Shown here: positions 1 through 7,751 of the stretch, in pieces
How the letters are laid out: the number at the start of each line of letters is the position of its first letter
How positions within the stretch are numbered: position 1 is the stretch's first letter
NCBI GenBank assembly: GCA_017512555.1
Contig: JAFWFE010000001.1
Span: forward strand, 22,238-86,237
Source: Solobacterium sp.
GTDB lineage: Bacteria; Bacillota_I; Bacilli_A; Erysipelotrichales; Erysipelotrichaceae
DNA: 64,000 nt
Reading direction: 5' to 3'
Position numbers and translations under genes: made by a program
Notes under the pieces: generated by a model
Database searches by the model: none
The model's input: only the letters and a program-made list of their open reading frames with translations
What the model was told of the DNA's origin: nothing

Positions 1-1596
1 AATGATCCCGGTGTGGATATCCTCGGTAAGCTTCTCAGTCATGAAATCGATCCGGTATTCCCGGAAGAAGTACTGAAAGAGGCAGACGAAGTCTATCATC
101 CTGTGGAGGATGCGGAGAAAACCGGAAGAACGGATTTGACAAAGGAAATCACGTTCACGATTGACGGAGATGATTCCAAGGATTTTGATGATGCGGTATC
201 TGTGAAGAAGACGGAGAACGGATGGAATCTGAAGGTATCCATCGCGGACGTGTCCTGGTATGTGAAAGAGGGTTCTGCCATCGATCAGGAGGCCTTCAAG
301 CGTGGTACATCCGTGTATGTGGTGGATAAAGTAGTACCGATGCTGCCGCAGATCCTGAGTAACGGTATATGTAGTCTGAATCCGGAAGAAGAACGTCTTA
401 CCATTACCTGTGATATGGATATTGATACCCAGGGGAATACGATATCTTACAGAGTCTATCCTTCCTGGATCATTTCCTGCGCAAGAATGACCTATCAGAA
501 AGTCAACGCATTCTTTGAGGGAGAACTCAAGGAACACGCATGCCAGGAAGATCTTCTGGTACTGAGGGATTGCGCACGGGCAATCCGTAAACAACGCAAT
601 GAACGAGGTGCTCTGGACTTCAGTTCCACAGAATCCAAAATCACCGTCAATGATCAGGGATATCCTGTCAAGGTTGAACCGGAAGTACGCGGTGAGGCTG
701 AGATGATGATCGAGGACTGTATGATCGCCGCAAATGTCTGTGTTGCGGATTTACTGCAGAAAGAAGACATCCCCGGAATCTACAGAGTTCATGAAGAACC
801 GGAAATGCGTAAGCTGAAGGAGTTTGCGAATGCCGCGGCACCGTTTGAGCATACACTGCGCATCACCGGGAAATCCTCTCTGAATACCGAATTACAGGAA
901 TATCTGGAATCCCTGAAGGAAACCAAAGAAGAATATATCCTGTCGCAGATGTTGCTGAGATGTATGCAGAAAGCCCGGTACGAAGATCGCTGCCTGGGTC
1001 ATTTCGGTCTGGCAGAAGAAAGTTATCTGCACTTTACCTCTCCCATACGCAGATACCCGGATCTGGTGGTTCACCGCATGATCCGCAAGTACTACTTCAA
1101 CCAACAGAAGAACCGTGGTACAGACCGGGAAAAGATGAAAGATATCGCTGTACAGTCCTCTCTCCGTGAAAGAGTATCCATGGAAGCGGAACGTGATGTC
1201 GAAGACATGAAAAAAGCAGAGTATATGATGTCCAAAGTAGGCTCTGTACTGGAGGGAATCATCGTTTCTGTACTGAACTTCGGGTTTTATGTACAATTCC
1301 CGGATACGATTGAAGGTCTGGTAAAGGTAGAAAACCTGAAAGATGATTATTATGTCTATGATGGTACTTATCACCGCCTGTACGGGGAAAGACACGGAAA
1401 GAAGTATACTCTGGGTGACCGGATCAAGGTCAAGGTTGTACAGGCTGTAAAAGAAACCGGTACGATCGATCTGGAGCCGTATGTCAAGGAAGTAAAGAAG
1501 AAACAAGCTCCTGTACGGAATGACCGGAAAGAACGAAAAGGAGGCAGGCAGCGTGGCACAAAAACCAGAGAAAGAAAAAACCGTCGCCAGAAATAA
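1..1596 (+). CDS. rnr: Ribonuclease R (3'-5' exoribonuclease), 5' end cut by window edge
   Basis: Frame 1 is open from nt 1. RNB catalytic core (DFDDA, HFGL, YLHFTSPIRRYPD), C-terminal S1 domain and Lys/Arg-rich tail. Lies directly upstream of smpB. Confidence 0.9.
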   Translation, partial: NDPGVDILGKLLSHEIDPVFPEEVLKEADEVYHPVEDAEKTGRTDLTKEITFTIDGDDSKDFDDAVSVKKTENGWNLKVSIADVSWYVKEGSAIDQEAFKRGTSVYVVDKVVPMLPQILSNGICSLNPEEERLTITCDMDIDTQGNTISYRVYPSWIISCARMTYQKVNAFFEGELKEHACQEDLLVLRDCARAIRKQRNERGALDFSSTESKITVNDQGYPVKVEPEVRGEAEMMIEDCMIAANVCVADLLQKEDIPGIYRVHEEPEMRKLKEFANAAAPFEHTLRITGKSSLNTELQEYLESLKETKEEYILSQMLLRCMQKARYEDRCLGHFGLAEESYLHFTSPIRRYPDLVVHRMIRKYYFNQQKNRGTDREKMKDIAVQSSLRERVSMEAERDVEDMKKAEYMMSKVGSVLEGIIVSVLNFGFYVQFPDTIEGLVKVENLKDDYYVYDGTYHRLYGERHGKKYTLGDRIKVKVVQAVKETGTIDLEPYVKEVKKKQAPVRNDRKERKGGRQRGTKTRERKNRRQK

Positions 1597-2020
1597 ACGG
1601 GCTTCCCACGATTACTTCCTGGAAGAAAAAATAGAAGCCGGTATGGCACTGACCGGTACAGAAATCAAATCCATCCGTGAAGGACGTGTGCAGTTCAAGG
1701 ACTCATTTATTACGATCGTCAAGGGAGAAGCCTGGATCAAGGGTATGCATATCTCTCCGTATAAGTACGGGAATATCTTTAACGTAGATGAGACGAGAGA
1801 CAGAAAACTACTATTGCATAAATACGAAATACGTAAGTTATACGATAAAGTTCGTCTGAAAGGATATACACTGATTCCGGTCAGGATCTACCTGAAAGAC
1901 GGAAAAGCCAAGATGGAGATTGCTCTGGCCAAAGGTAAGAATCTCTTTGATAAACGTGAATCAGAGAAACTCAGAGACGCTAAGAGAGAGATGGAAAAGG
2001 CATTGAAACTGAGAGGGTAA
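1553..2020 (+). CDS. smpB: SsrA-binding protein SmpB
   Basis: NKRASHDYFLEEKIEAGMALTGTEIKSIR... is a typical SmpB N-terminus. GTG 1553 sits 8 nt after AAAGGAGG (1537-1544). The track start ATG 1520 is the alternative and overlaps rnr by 77 nt. Confidence 0.9.
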   Translation: MAQKPEKEKTVARNKRASHDYFLEEKIEAGMALTGTEIKSIREGRVQFKDSFITIVKGEAWIKGMHISPYKYGNIFNVDETRDRKLLLHKYEIRKLYDKVRLKGYTLIPVRIYLKDGKAKMEIALAKGKNLFDKRESEKLRDAKREMEKALKLRG

Positions 2021-2021
2021 T

Positions 2022-2543
2022 ATGGAAGAATTAGCCAGAATACTGCATACACATGTGCAGAAGTATCCGCAGATGAAACCACAGGATGTCATTAAGCTCA
2101 TCTATCAGAACGAATTCGGTCCGGGACATGCGATGAATGACAGGACACGTGTATTGCTGTATCTGCTGGATGAATGCGCGGATGTGGAAGGGGATGAAGA
2201 TCTGTTCGTTCCCATCGGGAATCATCTGGTCCGGGTAAATATCTTCAAGGCAGCGGAGATCTATTCTCCAGAGGCTGTTAGTGAGTGTTTTATCCGTACG
2301 GCGGATATCCACCGGGGATCCATGACCGAGTATCTGCGCAAGCTGAAATTCCTGCAGAAACATGAAGAGGAGTTTGGCTTCTCCTTCTCCCATGATGAGC
2401 TGACAGAATTCCTGGCCATCCACCGGAGCAGCGCATATCCCTCCGTACATCACAGTAAGGAGTACAGGACGCTGTATCTGCCGCATTACCGTGTGATCCG
2501 GGAGAATATGCTGGATTCCTATCTTGTTGATATTACAGAGTAA
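2022..2543 (+). CDS. Uncharacterised cytosolic protein, 173 aa
   Basis: ATG lies 1 nt after the smpB stop and is preceded by GAGAGGG. Long clean ORF followed by a terminator. I cannot assign a motif. Confidence 0.6.
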   Translation: MEELARILHTHVQKYPQMKPQDVIKLIYQNEFGPGHAMNDRTRVLLYLLDECADVEGDEDLFVPIGNHLVRVNIFKAAEIYSPEAVSECFIRTADIHRGSMTEYLRKLKFLQKHEEEFGFSFSHDELTEFLAIHRSSAYPSVHHSKEYRTLYLPHYRVIRENMLDSYLVDITE

Positions 2544-2573
2544 AGAAGATTCGAAGAGAGTCTTCTTTTTTTA
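2543..2573 (+). terminator. Rho-independent terminator
   Basis: AAGAAGA (2543-2549) pairs with TCTTCTT (2561-2567) and is followed by a T-run. Confidence 0.6.
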
Positions 2574-2644
2574 CTGAGATTCTTATGGAACAGAGATATC
2601 ATTAAAGTAGATAGAGTACAAACCTGAAGGCTGAAAGGAATGTG

Positions 2645-4069
2645 ATGATCATGAAGAAACAATGTATCAATCCCTATCTCCCGTTGTATGAACATATTCC
2701 CGACGGAGAACCACACATCTTTGAAAACCGTTTATATGTATACGGGAGTCATGATAAGGCAGACGGTACCGAGTTCTGTGAGGATGACTACGTGACATAT
2801 TCAGCTCCACTGGATGATTTGTCTGACTGGCGTTATGAGGGAGTGATCTTCCGTAAGATAGATGATCCCTGTAATCCGAAACAGCTTCCGATGTATGCGC
2901 CGGATGTATGCCAGGGACCGGATGGACGGTACTATCTGTATTACTGTCCGAAGTTTGTGAATGCGATTCACGTGGCAGTCTGTGATACACCGGGAGGGCA
3001 TTATACCTTCCTGGGCAGGGTATCCTATCCGGACGGTACGGTACTAAGCGAGCGTCAGCCGTATGATCCCTCAGTGATCTATACCGGTGGCAAGGTATAT
3101 CTGTATTTTGGCTTCTCTCCGTGTACCATAGATATTCCTCTGTACCGCGGACAGGATTTCCTTGGGTGCAGTGCTGTGGAACTGGAAGAGGATATGTTGA
3201 CGGTAAAAGACGGACCGTATACGGTACTGCCAAGCAGAGATTACGCGGAAGGTACAGGGTTTGAGCCGAATCCGTATTTTGAGGCTCCTTCCGTGCGCAG
3301 AATTAATGATTTATATTATCTGGTATATTCTTCGGATCATACACATGCGCTGTGCTACGCGGTCAGTAATGAGCCTCTGCGGGGATTTACATACGGCGGT
3401 GTGATCATCAGTAACGGAGATATCGGATATGACGGAAGAACAGAAGATGATCCGGTCATGTCAATTGGAAATAATCACGGAGGTCTGGTGGAAGTTAACG
3501 GACAGTGGTATATCTTTTACCATCGTCATACGACCACAAACATGTATCATCGCCAGGGATGCGCGGAACGAATACAGATCAACGCGGACGGCTTCATTCC
3601 TCAGGTATGTGTAACGACCAGCGGGATGAATCCGGGACCGTTATCCGGTGTTGGAACATATCCTGCGGTATACTGCTGTAACCTGACCAACGGACATATG
3701 CGTTTGTTAAACTCCATCGGACGCTACCGAAAGGAAGAAGATGTGGAATTCCCGTATCTTACTGCGGTAAAGGATGAACAGTACATAACCAATATTCGTG
3801 AAGGAACCATCATCGGTTATAAATATATTTCACTGAAAGATACGAAACATATCTCTCTGAGATATCGTGCAGAGAATGACGGATACGTAAAGATCCTTAC
3901 GGATATCTGGTGCGGTGAAGAAAACTGCCGTGGTTTGATTCGGATGAACAGGCAGGAGAACTGGAGTATTGCCGGTACAGATCTGTCATTTGAGGAAAAC
4001 AATCTGGAACTGTATTTCCGTTATTACGGAGAAGGAAATGCGGAACTCCTGGAGATCATCCTGAAGTAG
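2645..4069 (+). CDS. Glycoside hydrolase family 43-like protein (beta-xylosidase/arabinofuranosidase type)
   Basis: N-terminal NPYLPLYEHIPDGEPHIFENRLYVYGSHD signature and beta-propeller-like repeats, plus a C-terminal beta-sandwich. Track start is GTG 2642; ATG 2645 is better spaced from GAAAGGA. Confidence 0.8.
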   Translation: MIMKKQCINPYLPLYEHIPDGEPHIFENRLYVYGSHDKADGTEFCEDDYVTYSAPLDDLSDWRYEGVIFRKIDDPCNPKQLPMYAPDVCQGPDGRYYLYYCPKFVNAIHVAVCDTPGGHYTFLGRVSYPDGTVLSERQPYDPSVIYTGGKVYLYFGFSPCTIDIPLYRGQDFLGCSAVELEEDMLTVKDGPYTVLPSRDYAEGTGFEPNPYFEAPSVRRINDLYYLVYSSDHTHALCYAVSNEPLRGFTYGGVIISNGDIGYDGRTEDDPVMSIGNNHGGLVEVNGQWYIFYHRHTTTNMYHRQGCAERIQINADGFIPQVCVTTSGMNPGPLSGVGTYPAVYCCNLTNGHMRLLNSIGRYRKEEDVEFPYLTAVKDEQYITNIREGTIIGYKYISLKDTKHISLRYRAENDGYVKILTDIWCGEENCRGLIRMNRQENWSIAGTDLSFEENNLELYFRYYGEGNAELLEIILK

Positions 4070-4097
4070 ATCATACGTGTTGTATTAAGAAAAAAAG

Positions 4098-4130
4098 AAA
4101 TCCCGTCACGGAAGATACCGGACGGGATTT
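4098..4130 (+). terminator. Terminator hairpin after the GH43 gene
   Basis: AAATCCCGTC (4098-4107) pairs with GACGGGATTT (4121-4130). Flanked by an A-run upstream and a weak T-tract downstream. Confidence 0.5.
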
Positions 4131-4134
4131 ACTC

Positions 4135-4345
4135 TTTAAAACAGAAATCCGGCGCGAGGACTGCCGGATTCCGATCGCTTTTGTCCGTGCTGTATAGGTC
4201 AGCGCAGACGACATCTGTGGTTGTCATATTCTGGGAAACAGGACAACAATGGGGACATGACCAGGCACAGGAGAACTTTCAGGACAACTACTGTTGGAGG
4301 AACATACCTGGCTTCAACAGATGGTTAGTTATAACTAACTGCCTA
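4135..4345 (-). ncRNA. Candidate structured small RNA of about 200 nt, class unknown
   Basis: Bounded by a near-consensus minus-strand promoter (4375-4347) and a minus-strand terminator: AATCCGGC/GCCGGATT hairpin at 4170-4146, then UUUCUGUUUU. No ORF has an SD. Long-range complementarity exists between the 5' end and distal segments. Confidence 0.45.
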
Positions 4346-4346
4346 T

Positions 4347-4375
4347 ACTATATCTTGACATCCGTGCGCTGTCAA
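4347..4375 (-). promoter_or_regulatory. Sigma-A-type promoter on the minus strand
   Basis: On the minus strand: TTGACA (4375-4370), 17-nt spacer, TATAGT (4352-4347). Confidence 0.55.
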
Positions 4376-4389
4376 CAATAAATTTTTCG

Positions 4390-4418
4390 TTGACATATAC
4401 GGTACGGGGGTATACTAT
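4390..4418 (+). promoter_or_regulatory. csoR-copA promoter with CsoR-type operator
   Basis: TTGACA at 4390-4395, with TATACT/TACTAT at 4411-4418. Between them, ATACGGTACGGGGGTAT (4397-4413) resembles the GC-rich pseudo-palindromic CsoR box known from Bacillus copZA. Confidence 0.6.
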
Positions 4419-4435
4419 ACATATGGGAGAAAACT

Positions 4436-4726
4436 ATGGAACATATACATACACATAAAAAAAGAACTGCCAAGGAACAACAGGATCTGATCACCAGACT
4501 TCGCCGCATTGAGGGACAAATCCGCGGGATTGAGAAGATGGTGGAGAATGACGCGTATTGCCCGGATATTCTTGTCCAGGTATCGGCGGCCACAAGTGCT
4601 TTGAACAGCTTTAACAAAGTACTTCTGGCCTGTCATATCAAGGGCTGTGTCAGCGAGGATATCAAAGCAGGGAATGAAGATACCGTGGATGAATTGGTGG
4701 CGGTACTTCAAAAACTGATGAAATAG
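4436..4726 (+). CDS. csoR: Copper-sensing transcriptional repressor CsoR (DUF156 family)
   Basis: RLRRIEGQIRGIEKMVENDAYCPDILVQVSA...CHIKGC, containing the Cys/His/Cys metal ligands. Directly upstream of copA. Confidence 0.9.
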   Translation: MEHIHTHKKRTAKEQQDLITRLRRIEGQIRGIEKMVENDAYCPDILVQVSAATSALNSFNKVLLACHIKGCVSEDIKAGNEDTVDELVAVLQKLMK

Positions 4727-4734
4727 AGGTATAG

Positions 4735-7494
4735 ATGATGGAACAATATATAGTCACCGGCATGAGCTGTGCCGCATGCCAGGCAAGAGTAGAAAAAGCG
4801 GTCAGTAAAGTACCCGGGGTAACGACCTGCAGTGTAAGTCTGTTAACCAACTCCATGGGTGTGGAAGGAAGTGCTTCCGCAAGTGAGATCATTCAGGCTG
4901 TACGGGATGCCGGATACGGAGCGTCGCTGAAAGGCGCACAGTCGCAGAATGTGTCAAAACTCGCGGCTGAAGAAGAAGCCCTGAAAGACCATGAAACACC
5001 GGTATTGAAGAGAAGACTGATCTTGTCTGTCGGTTTCCTGATCGTACTGATGTACATCACCATGGGTACACATATGCTTGGGCTTCCCTTACCCGCATAC
5101 TTTGTGCACAATCATCTCGGACTTACTCTTGTACAGATGATCCTGGCACTGATCGTCATGATCATCAATCATAAGTTCTTTACCAGTGGATTTACATCCC
5201 TGATTCACGGGGCACCGAATATGGATACACTGGTAGCTCTGGGATCATCGGTATCCTTCTTGTGGAGCCTGATCGTATTCTTCCAGATGACCGGTATGAT
5301 TACTTCCGGAGCAGGGAATATGGAGCTGATGCCGCTGTATCACAATGAACTGTATTTTGAGTCTGCGGCGATGATTCCGGCGCTGATTACCGTAGGTAAG
5401 ATGCTGGAAGCCAGGTCCAAGGGGAAGACAACAGATGCCCTGAAGAGCCTGATGAAGATGGCGCCGAAGACAGCGAAGATCCTGCGTGACGGGCAGGAAG
5501 TGGAAGTATCCATTGAAGAGGTCCACACCGGGGATATCTTTGTGGTCTATCCCGGTGAGAGTATTCCTGTGGATGGGATCGTCACGGAAGGAAACAGCGC
5601 AGTCAATGAAGCTGCGCTGACAGGAGAAAGTATTCCTGTCGATAAGGAACCGGGAGATAAGGTCTCTGCCGCAACGATCAACCAGTCCGGGTATATCCGC
5701 TGTCAGGCAACTCGTGTCGGTGAAGATACGACATTATCCCAGATCATCCAGATGGTCAGTGACGCGGCTGCGACCAAGGCTCCGATTGCCCGTCTGGCAG
5801 ATACGATTTCTTCTTACTTCGTGCCAGCAGTGATCGGTATTGCGGCAGTAACCACGATCGGCTGGCTGATTGCCGGACAATCTCTGAGTTTCGCACTGGC
5901 GAGAGGGATCTCCGTACTGGTCATTTCCTGTCCGTGTGCTCTTGGTCTGGCAACCCCTGTTGCCATCATGGTAGGCAATGGTATGGGAGCTAAAAACGGT
6001 GTCTTGTTCAAGACTTCAGAAAGTCTGGAGACAACTGGTAATGTGCAGATCGTTGCCCTGGATAAGACAGGGACGATCACTTCCGGTGAACCTAAAGTTA
6101 CGGATATTCTGCCGGCAGAAGGTGTCACTGAGACACAGCTGCTGGAACTGGCGTATGCTGTCGAGGATAAATCTGAACATCCTCTGGCACGCGCAATAGT
6201 CGCAAAGGCTGAAGAACTGCAGCTGAATGCCGAAGATGTTACTGACTTCAAGGCGCTTCCGGGCAACGGACTTACCGCTGTCTTGAACGGAAAGATCGCC
6301 AACGCAGGAAATCTGCAGTATATCCGCAGACATGCCCAGATCTCCCCGAAGACAGAGGAAATGAGTATCGCTCTTGCGGAAGAAGGGAAAACACCATTAT
6401 TCTTTGAGTATGACGGGAAACTGACGGGAATCATCGCTGTCGCAGATGTCATCAAGGAAGATTCCCCGCAGGCAGTGAAAGAACTGCAGAACATGGGAAT
6501 TGAAGTTGTTATGTTGACGGGAGATAACGAGAAGACCGCGAATGCGATCGGCAGACAGGCAGGAGTAGACAAGGTGATTGCCGGTGTACTCCCAGATGGT
6601 AAGGAAAGTGTTATCCGCAGTCTGATGGAACGCGGAAAAACCGCCATGGTCGGTGATGGAATCAACGATGCTCCGGCACTGACACGCGCGGATATCGGTA
6701 TTGCGGTTGGCGCAGGTACGGATGTGGCCATCGATGCCGCAGATGTCGTCCTGATGAAGAGCGGTCTGAAGGATGTTCCGGCAGCGATCCGTCTCAGCCG
6801 GGCTACTGTGAAGAATATTCATCAGAACCTATTCTGGGCATTCTTCTATAATCTGATCTGTATCCCTCTGGCTGCCGGATTGTTTGCCTATAAGATGAAT
6901 CCGATGGTTGGTGCGGCTGCCATGAGTTTATCCTCATTTACCGTAGTAACCAATGCCCTGCGTCTGAATCTGTTTAATATGCATGACAGCAGTAAGGACA
7001 AGAAACTGAAGAAACAGGCAGAACCGGAAAAGGCATCCCCGGTGAAGCCGGAAGAACTGTGCACGGTGGTTGATATTGAGGGAATGATGTGCGAACATTG
7101 TGAAGCACGGATCGTCAAGGCAATCTCCAAGATCGAACATGTGACACAGGTGAAAGCGAATCATACCACAGGTACCGCGGAAATCTACAGTACAGCAGAA
7201 ATCGACCTGGAAGCGGTAAAGAAGGCCGTAGAAGGGGAAGATTATACATACATCGGAATACATAAAACCAAGGAGGAAAAAGAAATGGAAAAGGTATTAC
7301 AGGTTGAAGGAATGATGTGCCCGCATTGTGAGGCAACAGTAAAGAAGGCTTTGGAAGCGATTGACGGTGTTACTGAAGCCAAGGCAGATCATGAGGCAGG
7401 TACGGCTGTGGTCAAGCTTTCACACGAAGTCGCAGACGATGTTCTGAAAGCGGCTGTAGAAGCCAAAGACTACAAAGTCACCGGAATCCAGTAG
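4735..7494 (+). CDS. copA: Copper-translocating P1B-type ATPase with one N-terminal and two C-terminal HMA domains
   Basis: GMSCAACQ HMA domain, CPC transmembrane motif (SCPCALGLATP), DKTGT, GDGINDAP. The C-terminus carries two more HMA domains (GMMCEHC, GMMCPHC). Confidence 0.95.
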   Translation: MMEQYIVTGMSCAACQARVEKAVSKVPGVTTCSVSLLTNSMGVEGSASASEIIQAVRDAGYGASLKGAQSQNVSKLAAEEEALKDHETPVLKRRLILSVGFLIVLMYITMGTHMLGLPLPAYFVHNHLGLTLVQMILALIVMIINHKFFTSGFTSLIHGAPNMDTLVALGSSVSFLWSLIVFFQMTGMITSGAGNMELMPLYHNELYFESAAMIPALITVGKMLEARSKGKTTDALKSLMKMAPKTAKILRDGQEVEVSIEEVHTGDIFVVYPGESIPVDGIVTEGNSAVNEAALTGESIPVDKEPGDKVSAATINQSGYIRCQATRVGEDTTLSQIIQMVSDAAATKAPIARLADTISSYFVPAVIGIAAVTTIGWLIAGQSLSFALARGISVLVISCPCALGLATPVAIMVGNGMGAKNGVLFKTSESLETTGNVQIVALDKTGTITSGEPKVTDILPAEGVTETQLLELAYAVEDKSEHPLARAIVAKAEELQLNAEDVTDFKALPGNGLTAVLNGKIANAGNLQYIRRHAQISPKTEEMSIALAEEGKTPLFFEYDGKLTGIIAVADVIKEDSPQAVKELQNMGIEVVMLTGDNEKTANAIGRQAGVDKVIAGVLPDGKESVIRSLMERGKTAMVGDGINDAPALTRADIGIAVGAGTDVAIDAADVVLMKSGLKDVPAAIRLSRATVKNIHQNLFWAFFYNLICIPLAAGLFAYKMNPMVGAAAMSLSSFTVVTNALRLNLFNMHDSSKDKKLKKQAEPEKASPVKPEELCTVVDIEGMMCEHCEARIVKAISKIEHVTQVKANHTTGTAEIYSTAEIDLEAVKKAVEGEDYTYIGIHKTKEEKEMEKVLQVEGMMCPHCEATVKKALEAIDGVTEAKADHEAGTAVVKLSHEVADDVLKAAVEAKDYKVTGIQ

Positions 7495-7528
7495 TATTCC
7501 CAAGCACAAACCGGCTTGAAAAACAAGC

Positions 7529-7556
7529 GTGACATTCATTTTCTTCGTGCTACAAT
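7529..7556 (+). promoter_or_regulatory. Promoter for a small ORF
   Basis: GTGACA at 7529-7534, 16-nt spacer, extended -10 TGcTACAAT at 7548-7556. Confidence 0.45.
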
Positions 7557-7585
7557 AGGTGTCATTGCGACAGGTGGTGATACAT

Positions 7586-7729
7586 ATGGCAACAGATAAA
7601 GATGTGAATTCACAGTTAGATGAAATACTGAAAAAGCTGGAAGAAGCGGAAAAAGAATACGCAAGAAAGCTTCAGGACGCAGATCTGGACAGGATCATCC
7701 AGGAAGCAGATAAACACCAGGCACGTTAA
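7586..7729 (+). CDS. Small charged helical protein, 47 aa (below the ORF-track cutoff)
   Basis: ATG 7586 lies 5 nt after AGGTGGTGA. Translates to MATDKDVNSQLDEILKKLEEAEKEYARKLQDADLDRIIQEADKHQAR. Has its own promoter and terminator. Confidence 0.4.
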   Translation: MATDKDVNSQLDEILKKLEEAEKEYARKLQDADLDRIIQEADKHQAR

Positions 7730-7741
7730 GTGCCTTTTTCT
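7719..7741 (+). terminator. Terminator of the small ORF
   Basis: AGGCAC (7719-7724) pairs with GTGCCT (7730-7735), followed by TTTTT. The stop codon lies in the loop. Confidence 0.55.
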
Positions 7742-7751
7742 GTGGTAGAAT

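Noticed and set aside
2021-2640. Looked for ssrA (tmRNA) downstream of smpB
   Set aside because: The region is occupied by a coupled protein-coding ORF. There is no GGGG...UUCGAC 5' end or T-arm/ACCA 3' end.
4135-4345. Calling the candidate sRNA a 6S RNA, SRP RNA or tmRNA
   Set aside because: The size is roughly 6S-like and the ends pair, but the interior seems branched rather than a rod with a central bubble. I saw no SRP domain IV motif and no tRNA-like tmRNA ends. It is left unclassified.
4181-4381. Plus-strand 66-aa ORF in the GH43-csoR intergenic region
   Set aside because: No promoter or SD, an implausible Trp/Cys/Gln-rich composition, and it lies antisense to a much better supported promoter-terminator unit.
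5814-6731. 305-aa antisense ORF inside copA, plus similar long antisense ORFs in prfA/prmC (33758-35202), the CaCA gene (26256-26837) and others
   Set aside because: These are shadow ORFs on the opposite strand of strongly supported genes. They are Ser/Ala/Pro-rich with no RBS.
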